In this document: piece by piece, positions 57,809 through 64,000 of the stretch
How positions within the stretch are numbered: the first letter of the stretch is position 1
Layout: every line of letters begins with the position of its first letter
NCBI GenBank assembly: GCA_046729855.1
Contig: JBKPHM010000047.1
Span: 1,605 to 65,604 of the forward strand
DNA: 64,000 nucleotides
DNA from: Actinomycetota bacterium
GTDB taxonomy: Bacteria > Actinomycetota > UBA4738 > HRBIN12
Direction: 5' to 3'
Program-made: the position numbers and the translations under genes
The notes under the pieces: model-generated
Told to the model about the DNA's origin: nothing
Seen by the model: the letters and a program-made list of their open reading frames with translations, nothing else
Databases searched by the model: none

Positions 57809-58500
57809 CGCCCCCGTCCCGGCGTGATCGCCGTCCACGGAAGCGGCAGCTCGGCCGGAGGTACGGTGTCGTCCACCAGATAGGACAGATGGCTGTCGAT
57901 CCCGACCACGCCCTCGACGGCCAGGACGAGCCCGGCGAGCACCGGGACGAGGCTCCGTCGCTCGATCTGGCCGTCCAGCCTGACCACGCCGTCGTGCACG
58001 ATGACGCGGATCGTAGCCGGATCGATCCATAGCGTCCTGCGGACGATATCCCGCGAAATCTCGCGGGCGATCTCGCCGTCGTCGCGCAGGAAGACCTTCA
58101 ACAGGTCGGCACGCGACACGATGCCGAGCACCCGCCCCTCGGCCGAGGCGACGGCGAGCCGCTTGATGCCGTGCCGGTGCATCAGCCGGGCGGCCTCCGG
58201 AAGCGTGGCGTCTGGGCCGATCGTGACGGGAGGCGACGTCATTAGCTGCGCCGCGACGACGGCCACATGCTTCTCACGCTCGGTACGCCGCTGCCGCCCC
58301 TCGAACAGTCGCCCTTCGCCCTCGAGGTGCGTGTCCTCCTTCAGCAGGAGGTCGGCCTCGGAGACGATGCCCACGAGCCGTCCGTCCGCGTCGACGACGG
58401 GGATGGCGCTCACGCGGTGCTCCTGCATCCGCAGGACGAGTTCCTTGAACGGCGTCGATTCGATAGCGACGACGACATCCCTGCTCATCACGTCCTGCAC
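57805..58500 (-). CDS. CBS-pair plus BON domain protein
   Basis: Two CBS motifs (VMSRDVVVAIESTPFKE...AIPVVDADGRLVGIVSEADLL and a repeat) and a C-terminal BON-like segment. Confidence 0.88.
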   Translation of the reverse strand: MQDVMSRDVVVAIESTPFKELVLRMQEHRVSAIPVVDADGRLVGIVSEADLLLKEDTHLEGEGRLFEGRQRRTEREKHVAVVAAQLMTSPPVTIGPDATLPEAARLMHRHGIKRLAVASAEGRVLGIVSRADLLKVFLRDDGEIAREISRDIVRRTLWIDPATIRVIVHDGVVRLDGQIERRSLVPVLAGLVLAVEGVVGIDSHLSYLVDDTVPPAELPLPWTAITPGRGR

Positions 58501-58605
58501 CGTCCGCTTCGTGCCGTCACCTCCTCGCGCGGCTCCTTAGGCCTACTCGCCTCACCTACTCCCCTGGCCTCACCGGAACGCTAGGGCGGCGACGCCGGAC
58601 CTCGT

Positions 58606-58621
58606 AGGGCCAGAGGACCCT
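58606..58621. promoter_or_regulatory. DosR-box-like inverted repeat AGGGCC-AGAG-GACCCT
   Basis: GGG-N8-CCC geometry as in the mycobacterial DosR consensus TTSGGGACTWWAGTCCCSAA. Lies 28 nt upstream of the GAF kinase ATG, in the divergent region shared with the CBS-USP operon. Confidence 0.35.
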
Positions 58622-58648
58622 GGCGGCGCGGTACGCTCGGAACACCAG

Positions 58649-60253
58649 ATGGATCGACGCGACAAGCTGATCGAAGCCGCGCTCGCGCTCCACGCCGAGC
58701 TGTCGCTGCCGGCGGTGCTCCAGAGGATCATCGAGCTCGCGGCGGAGATCACCGACGCGAGGTATGGCGCCGTCGGCGTGCTGGGACCGCGGGGGCGGCT
58801 GGTCGAGTTCGTCACGACCGGGATCACGCCCGAGCAGCGCGAGGCGATCGGAGACCCGCCGGTCGGCCACGGGATCCTCGGCGTGCTGATCCGCGAAGCG
58901 AAGATCGTTCGGATCCCCGACATCACCAAGCACCCGCACTCGTTCGGCTTCCCACCGAACCACCCGCCGATGCGGTCGTTCCTCGGCGCGCCGATCGAGT
59001 CTCGCGGCGAGGTCTTCGGCAACATCTACCTGGCCGAGAAGCGGAGTTCCGACGAGTTCTCCGAGGACGACGAGCGCGCGATCGAACTGCTCGCCGCACA
59101 GGCCGGCGTCGCGATCGAGAATGCCCGTCTGTACCAGGAGGCCGGCCGTCGGCAGCGGATGCTCGAAGCGATCCGAGAGATCTCCAACTCGATCCTCGCC
59201 CGGGGCGAGTCGAACGAGGCGCTCGAGCTGATCGCCCGGCGTGCCCGGGAGCTCGTCGGCGCCGACCTGGCATCGGTGCACGTGCCGATCCCCGGGCAGC
59301 GCGTGCTACACGTCGAGGCCGCCGACGGTGCGTACGCCGACGCCGTCCGGGGCGAGCGGTTCCCGATCGAGGGCTCGATCTCCGGCGAGGTCATCCGGGC
59401 CGGGCGCGTGGTCGTCGTCGAGGACGCGACAAAGGACCCGCGGGCGTACCAGCCGCTCGTCCGGCTACAGCACATGGGGCCGGCGGTCTTCGTGCCGCTG
59501 ACGTCGCAGGGCAAGGCGTTCGGAACCCTGGCGGCCGCCAACGAGCGGGGCAGGCGCCCGTTCACGGCCGGCGACGTCGAGCTGCTCGAGACGTTCGCGG
59601 ATCAGGCCGCGCTCGCGCTCGAGTACGCCGGAGCGCGGGCAGAGGTCGAGCGGCTGCTTGTTCTCGAGGACCGCGAGCGGATCGCGAAGGAGCTGCACGA
59701 CGGGGTCATCCAGGCGCTCTTCGCGGTCGGCATGGGCCTGCAGGGAACGGCGCTGATGAGCGGCGACGAGGAGCTCACAGAGCGGATCGAGGGAGCCGTC
59801 GCGGAGCTCGACCGCGTGATCCGCGACCTGCGCAACTACATCTTCGGGCTGCGGCCGGGGATCCTAGCCGACCGGCAGCTCGACCAGGCCCTGCGACATC
59901 TCGGAGAGGAGTTCCAGCAGCGCTCGGGCGTCGTCACGATCGTCGACGTCGACCAGAGCGTCGCGGCACTGCTGTCGGACCGCGCTGCCGAGGTGGTCCA
60001 GCTCGTCCGGGAGTCGCTGTCCAACGTCGGCCGCCATGCCGACGCGTCGACCTGCCGCGTGTCACTGTTCCGCGAGAACGAGCACGCGGTCGTCGAGATC
60101 GACGACGACGGCCGCGGCTTCGACCCGAACATCGCCAGGCGGGGCGAGGGGCTCACGAACCTCGAGAAGCGGGCGGATGCCCTGGGCGGGAAGGCCACGA
60201 TCGAGAGCATCCCCGCCCAGGGGACCACCGTCCGCCTGGAGCTTCCACTCTGA
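58649..60253 (+). CDS. Tandem-GAF sensor histidine kinase (DevS/DosS/DosT-like)
   Basis: GAF-A pattern YGAVGVL...GHGILGVLI...HPHSFGFPPNHPPMRSFLGAPI..GEVFGNIYLAEK, a second GAF, HisKA_3 RERIAKELHDGVIQ and HATPase_c. Confidence 0.92.
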   Translation: MDRRDKLIEAALALHAELSLPAVLQRIIELAAEITDARYGAVGVLGPRGRLVEFVTTGITPEQREAIGDPPVGHGILGVLIREAKIVRIPDITKHPHSFGFPPNHPPMRSFLGAPIESRGEVFGNIYLAEKRSSDEFSEDDERAIELLAAQAGVAIENARLYQEAGRRQRMLEAIREISNSILARGESNEALELIARRARELVGADLASVHVPIPGQRVLHVEAADGAYADAVRGERFPIEGSISGEVIRAGRVVVVEDATKDPRAYQPLVRLQHMGPAVFVPLTSQGKAFGTLAAANERGRRPFTAGDVELLETFADQAALALEYAGARAEVERLLVLEDRERIAKELHDGVIQALFAVGMGLQGTALMSGDEELTERIEGAVAELDRVIRDLRNYIFGLRPGILADRQLDQALRHLGEEFQQRSGVVTIVDVDQSVAALLSDRAAEVVQLVRESLSNVGRHADASTCRVSLFRENEHAVVEIDDDGRGFDPNIARRGEGLTNLEKRADALGGKATIESIPAQGTTVRLELPL

Positions 60254-60285
60254 CCGCTGCCTCGGTCGACGGCCGGCACGCTCTG

Positions 60286-61614
60286 TCACTCGACGACGAG
60301 CGCGGTGACCATCCCGAACATCCCGGCGGGCCCCTCGACGTGCGGAAGGATGTGGCAATGGAAGGCCCACGCCCCCGGGAACCTCGCGTCGACCATCACG
60401 TCGTAGCGCTCGCCGGGCGCGATCATCAGCGTGTCGGCCCTGTACGGATCGTCGAGTGGGAACCCGTCCTTCGACACTACGTCGAAGTGGTACCCGTGCA
60501 GATGCATCGGGTGGATCATCGCGCCGTCGTTCGCGATGTGGATCAGGGCCGTGTCGCCCTTCTTCGCGACGATCGGCGTCGTCGCGGGGAACCCCTTGCC
60601 GTTCAGGACGTAGCCGAGCGGCCCGTCGCCGAGGAACAGGTCGGCCTCGACGTCGACACCGACGCCGTAGATCCTCGACCAGTCGTTGCGCTTCGGCTCG
60701 ACGATCAGCGCGCCGTACAGACCCCTGCCGACCTGCTCGGTCGAGTTGAAGTGCGAGTGGTAGACGTACATCCCGGGCGTGTCCGTAACGGTGAAGTCGT
60801 ACACGAAGTAACCGCCCGGCATGATCGGATCCTGCGTGATGTACGGCACGCCATCGGCCGCGTTCGGCACCGTGACGCCGTGCAGGTGCAGCGTCGTCGG
60901 CTGGCTCATCTGGTTGTTCAGGACGATCCGGACGTCGTCGCCGGGTTGCACGCGGAGCTCGGGGCCGGGGATCTGGCCGTTGAACGCCATCCCCTGGAAG
61001 GACCTGCCGGGCTCGGTCTCCCACTCCAACTCGGTGGCCGTCAGCTCGAAGACCTTGACGCCGTCCTCGATCGTCGGCTCGAGCGGCTGGTTGCCCGTCC
61101 CCTCGGTCTCGGCCGGAAAGGCGTCGACGCCTTCCTTGTGCCCTTGGGCCATGTCCTCGGCCGTCATCGCGACCTCGTGCGCCATCCCGCTGCCGCCGCC
61201 TGCGGCCCCCTCGCCGCCGACCTGGAGCTGCCCGACCATGCCGAGGTCCTGGTGACCCGAGATCGTGCAGTAGGTCTTGTAGGTCCCCGCCTCAAGGGCA
61301 TCGACGCGCAGCGTCGTCGAGCCGCCCGCCTGGATCTGCTCGGTCTCGTAGACCTTCCCGGTCGTGCTGACGGCGAACGTGTGCGGCGCCGTCCCCTCGT
61401 TCACGACCTCGAACACGATCGGCGTGCCGGCCGGCGCGTCGATCACGTCGGGCGTGATCGTGAACTCGGACAGGGACACGTGGATCGAGGTGTCTCCCGC
61501 GGCTGCCGCGAAGCCCGTCCCTCCGCCAGCGATGCGATCGCTCGTACACGCCGCCGCCAGCACAGTCAGCGTCAGTCCCAGCGCGACGATCGCCGTCTTG
61601 CGCATGTGCGTCAT
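60286..61614 (-). CDS. Lipoprotein: N-terminal cupredoxin domain fused to a two-domain multicopper oxidase
   Basis: Lipobox LAAAC. Cupredoxin type-1 site YCTISGHQDLGM. MCO copper motifs HLHG, YHSH, HPMHLHGYH and HCHILPHVEGPAGM. ATG 61614. 442 aa. Confidence 0.88.
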   Translation of the reverse strand: MTHMRKTAIVALGLTLTVLAAACTSDRIAGGGTGFAAAAGDTSIHVSLSEFTITPDVIDAPAGTPIVFEVVNEGTAPHTFAVSTTGKVYETEQIQAGGSTTLRVDALEAGTYKTYCTISGHQDLGMVGQLQVGGEGAAGGGSGMAHEVAMTAEDMAQGHKEGVDAFPAETEGTGNQPLEPTIEDGVKVFELTATELEWETEPGRSFQGMAFNGQIPGPELRVQPGDDVRIVLNNQMSQPTTLHLHGVTVPNAADGVPYITQDPIMPGGYFVYDFTVTDTPGMYVYHSHFNSTEQVGRGLYGALIVEPKRNDWSRIYGVGVDVEADLFLGDGPLGYVLNGKGFPATTPIVAKKGDTALIHIANDGAMIHPMHLHGYHFDVVSKDGFPLDDPYRADTLMIAPGERYDVMVDARFPGAWAFHCHILPHVEGPAGMFGMVTALVVE

Positions 61615-61670
61615 CTCGCTCCGCTCCGTTCCGTTCCGTGGTCCGTTCCCCGGTCCGCTTCTCGACTTCC

Positions 61671-62072
61671 TCAGGACGAGATGCTCGAACGGATCGCGTC
61701 GACCACCCGGTCCATCGGCGGGTGCCGGTGTAGCCGGGCGAGCCTTCCGGGGATCTCGTCGCCCGGGCGCGACCCGAGCGCGATCACCGGCCGCTCGCTG
61801 TCGAGGTAGAGGGCGAGCAGCTCTTCCGCGGAGGTCCCCGACACGACCGCCTCGCTGTCGAGGCTCATGTCGAGGACGATCGCGTCCGCGTCGCGCACGA
61901 GCGGGCAGACGCCCTCGCGCGCGCCCACGCACGTGTAGTCCGGTTCTGTCGGCCCCGGACACGACAGCACCTCGAAGCCCGCGACCTCCAGGCCCGATCC
62001 GAACGCCTCGCGTTCGTCCCGGTCCGCGACGACCAGCAGGACCGTACCGACCGCCCCGGTATCCCCACCCAT
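61671..62072 (-). CDS. Receiver-like (pseudo-REC) small protein with Cys-rich insert
   Basis: 133 aa, high GC3. TVLLVVADRDE...AIVLDMSL...PVIALGS follows a REC beta-strand pattern, but I see no conserved Lys. The insert SCPGPTEPDYTCVGAREGVCP carries 3 Cys. Confidence 0.55.
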   Translation of the reverse strand: MGGDTGAVGTVLLVVADRDEREAFGSGLEVAGFEVLSCPGPTEPDYTCVGAREGVCPLVRDADAIVLDMSLDSEAVVSGTSAEELLALYLDSERPVIALGSRPGDEIPGRLARLHRHPPMDRVVDAIRSSISS

Positions 62073-62129
62073 GTGCCGAGTCTGCGGAGCCCGTGCGAAC
62101 GGCGGCTCTGCCGGACGTCCCGAGCCGGA

Positions 62130-62145
62130 GGGGCCGAAGGACCTT
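62130..62145. promoter_or_regulatory. DosR-box-like motif GGGGCC-GAAG-GACCTT
   Basis: Same GGGCC-N4-GACC core as 58606-58621. Lies 37 nt upstream of ATG 62182, in the divergent region shared with the receiver-like/MCO genes. Confidence 0.3.
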
Positions 62146-62181
62146 GAGTGGCTGACGTCGCCCGCCCCATCCTGAGCGCCG

Positions 62182-62644
62182 ATGTTCGTCCGCTACTACG
62201 TCGAGCTCGACCTTCCGTTCGACGAGGTCGAGGAACGGTTGCTGACCACCGGATCGGTGGGTCCCGGGGATCCTCCGGAAGGCCGAGGACCGTGGCGGCC
62301 GCCTGCTCGCCGAGGTCGGATTCCCACTCGGCGCAGAGCGCCGGCTCGCCAAGGACGTGGAGATCACTGTGGGGGAGCCGTACCGCTCGTCCATCAGGAC
62401 GTCGCTCCCGCTCAGCTGGACCGCGCCGGGCACCGGCTCGTTGTTCCCGTCGCTCGACGCCGACGTGGACGTGGCCCGTCTGGGCTCGGAACGGACCCAG
62501 CTGTCGATCAGCGCCCGATACCGTCCTCCGCTCGGCCCGGTCGGTCGTGCGCTCGACCGCGCCGTGATGCATCGCGTCGCGGAGGCGACCGTCAAGGACT
62601 TCCTCGATCACGTCGCCGAGGCGCTGCGGAAGGAGCCGACGTGA
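62182..62644 (+). pseudogene. SRPBCC-like (polyketide cyclase/START fold) gene interrupted by a frameshift near 62245-62250
   Basis: Frame 1 gives MFVRYYVELDLPFDEVEERLLT. Frame 2, from 62246, gives PPDRWVPGILRKAEDRGG...DFLDHVAEALRKEPT with high GC3, while frame 1 loses GC3 after about 62250. Frame 2 has a TGA at 62243-62245 and no ATG before GTG 62357. Confidence 0.6.
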
Positions 62645-62703
62645 CGGTGGCGCAGAAGGCACCGGGCCCGCGCTCGGGGTCCCGGAGGGTCGCAGGCACT
62701 AGG

Positions 62704-63390
62704 ATGACCGGCGTGTCGGGGTCGCCCAAGTCGCCGCCGCTGCGGGTGTTGCTCGTCGACGACCACGAGGTCGTCCGCGGCGGCGTGAAGGCGCTGCTGC
62801 AGGCGACCGAGGACATCATCGTCACGGCCGAGGCCGGGTCGGTCCGCGAGGCGATCGACGAGGCCGACCGCGCGCGACCCGACGTCGTCGTAATGGACGT
62901 TCGGCTGGCGGACGGCAGCGGGATCGAGGCGACCAGGGAGATCAGGGCCAAGCACCCCAAGACCGCGGTCGTGATGCTGACGTCGTTCGCGGACGACGAG
63001 GCGTTGTTCGCGTCGATCATGGCCGGAGCGTCTGGCTACGTGCTCAAGCAGGTGAAGGGGGGCGAGCTCGTCCGGGCGATCCGCACGGTTGGGCGTGGCG
63101 AAAGCCTGCTCGACCCCGCCGTCACCAAAGCGGTTCTCGACCGTCTGCGCAAGGGCAAGCACCTGCTCAAGGACGAGAGGCTCGCCCGGCTGTCCCCGCA
63201 GGAGGAACGGATCCTCTCGCTCGTCGCCGACGGCAGAACCAACAAGGAGATCGGGGACGAGCTGCACCTGGCGGAGAAGACGGTCAAGAACTACGTCTCC
63301 AGCATCCTGTCAAAGCTGGAGGTCGCCCGCCGCGCGGAGGCAGCCGCCTACCTGGCGCGCCACACCACCACGCCCGGCGCGCAGGCCTGA
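62704..63390 (+). CDS. NarL/LuxR-family response regulator (DevR/DosR-like)
   Basis: LRVLLVDDHEVVRGGVKALL...DVVVMDVRLADGSGIEATREIR...LSPQEERILSLVADGRTNKEIGDELHLAEKTVKNYVSSILSKL. The alternative start GTG 62641 overlaps the upstream TGA. Confidence 0.92.
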   Translation: MTGVSGSPKSPPLRVLLVDDHEVVRGGVKALLQATEDIIVTAEAGSVREAIDEADRARPDVVVMDVRLADGSGIEATREIRAKHPKTAVVMLTSFADDEALFASIMAGASGYVLKQVKGGELVRAIRTVGRGESLLDPAVTKAVLDRLRKGKHLLKDERLARLSPQEERILSLVADGRTNKEIGDELHLAEKTVKNYVSSILSKLEVARRAEAAAYLARHTTTPGAQA

Positions 63391-63409
63391 CGGCCCGCCA
63401 CGGTTCGGA

Positions 63410-63428
63410 GGCGGCCCTCGGGGCCGCC
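63410..63428 (+). terminator. GC hairpin after the response regulator gene
   Basis: GGCGGCCC-TCG-GGGCCGCC: 8-bp perfect stem with a 3-nt loop, 20 nt after the TGA at 63388-63390. No U-tract. Confidence 0.45.
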
Positions 63429-63432
63429 CCAC

Positions 63433-63446
63433 GGGACCAAGGTCCC
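63433..63446. promoter_or_regulatory. Near-perfect DosR-type box GGGACC-AA-GGTCCC
   Basis: Half-sites GGGAC/GTCCC with a 4-nt centre match the DosR core GGGAC-N4-GTCCC. Lies 112 nt upstream of the DoxX ATG. Confidence 0.45.
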
Positions 63447-63557
63447 TCTCAGGAGCACCGAAGTCCTATCCCGCGTGGGGGCGTCGTACCCGTGCGCGTG
63501 ATCCGGCAGCGCTGCATGCTGGCTCGTCGGGAAGCGAGGTTCCGGTCAGGAGGCACG

Positions 63558-64000
63558 ATGGCAAGGGACGCCGTCCCGCTCAGGGAGCCCCGGTTCGCGA
63601 AGTGGCTGTTCACCTCGACCGCCGCGGCGTGGATCTGGCTGGCCGCGAGGCTGTACTTCGGCTGGCAATGGCTGTCGGCTGGCTGGGAAAAGCTCGGCGA
63701 CCCTCGGTGGATGTCCGGCGGCTACGCGCTCCAGGCGTTTGCCCAGCGCGCCTCGACGGAGATGACCCAGGGCGAGCGCCCCGGCGTCGCATACGGGTGG
63801 TACGCCGACTTCCTGCGTTGGGTGGCGTCCGACGGCTACCCGTGGATCGCCAAGCTCGTCGCGCTCGCCGAGACGACCATCGGGATCCTGCTGATCCTCG
63901 GGCTATTCACCGGGATCGCCGCGTTCACAGGCGGCGCGCTCACGATGTCGTTCGGTCTCGCGGGTGCCGCCGGCGTGAACCCGGTCTTCTTCCTGTTCGA
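63558..64000 (+). CDS. DoxX family membrane protein, 3'-truncated by window edge (not in ORF track)
   Basis: AGGAGG SD 5 nt before ATG 63558. My translation is MARDAVPLREPRFAKWLFTSTAAAWIWLAARLYFGWQWLSAGWEKL...LAETTIGILLILGLFTGIAAFTGGALTMSFGLAG, a DoxX-like pattern. Open to nt 64000. Confidence 0.8.
   Translation, partial: MARDAVPLREPRFAKWLFTSTAAAWIWLAARLYFGWQWLSAGWEKLGDPRWMSGGYALQAFAQRASTEMTQGERPGVAYGWYADFLRWVASDGYPWIAKLVALAETTIGILLILGLFTGIAAFTGGALTMSFGLAGAAGVNPVFFLF

Noticed and set aside
62182-63390. The single 402-aa ORF in the track, which fuses an N-terminal segment to the response regulator.
   Set aside because: Between about 62250 and 62640 this frame has poor GC3 and an Arg/Pro/Gly-rich nonsense translation, while the +1 frame is clearly coding. 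I interpret it as a frameshifted SRPBCC gene plus a separate regulator gene.

Overview
Very GC-rich, densely packed chromosomal segment whose gene content and order look actinobacterial. From memory it resembles the mycobacterial Rv3239c-Rv3267 neighbourhood: secA / hpf / comF, then sahH / manA-type isomerase / pmm / DUF3499 / whiB2 / fbiABC, then manC / wbbL / rmlD / LCP. About 57 protein-coding genes are supportable, most on the minus strand.

Gene content by region:
- 1-12.8 kb: sulfatase (5' partial), smpB, ftsX, ftsE, a YfhO-like membrane protein, prfB, secA, an MFS transporter, a NarL-type response regulator, hpf and comFC. The ORF track splits prfB; I rejoined it across a classic CTT-TGA-C +1 frameshift site.
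- 12.8-19.8 kb: a tightly coupled operon with an unknown protein, mtnA, a short aldolase-like protein, ahcY, a purine nucleoside phosphorylase, an SIS isomerase, a 59-aa Trm112 ORF missing from the track, pmm and a small zinc-ribbon protein.
- 20-26.9 kb: DUF3499, an L,D-transpeptidase, a secreted protein, a giant GT2 membrane glycosyltransferase, a stand-alone Lys/Arg-rich repeat protein and whiB with a long low-GC leader.
- 26.9-31.6 kb: coenzyme F420 genes fbiC, fbiA and fbiB.
- 31.6-50.5 kb: a nucleobase permease, then a rhamnose/mannose cell-wall glycopolymer locus (SpoIID, manC, wbbL-like GT2, Wzm/Wzt, three GT4, rmlA/B/D, LCP, a phosphoesterase).
- 50.5-57 kb: acs, a PAS histidine kinase and a GNAT-first Pat-type acetyltransferase.
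- 57-64 kb: a DosR/DevS-like dormancy island (USP, CBS-BON, GAF kinase, LuxR regulator, multicopper oxidase, Cys-rich receiver-like protein, frameshifted SRPBCC gene, DoxX).

I saw no rRNA, tRNA, CRISPR array, transposase, integrase or recognisable defence system. This reads as core genome, not an accessory island, and I did not find a clearly new multi-gene system.

Most interesting items:
- the whiB-linked histone-H1-like repeat protein, encoded by an 18-bp tandem array;
- the perfect 26-bp palindrome and TTGAC array in the whiB leader;
- three GGGnC-N4-GnCCC boxes that tie the dormancy island together;
- an uncharacterised protein and a half-length aldolase coupled to mtnA;
- the Wzt-C-domain / coiled-coil glycopolymer export locus.

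All calls come from reading the sequence and the ORF translations by eye. Start codons are the least certain part.
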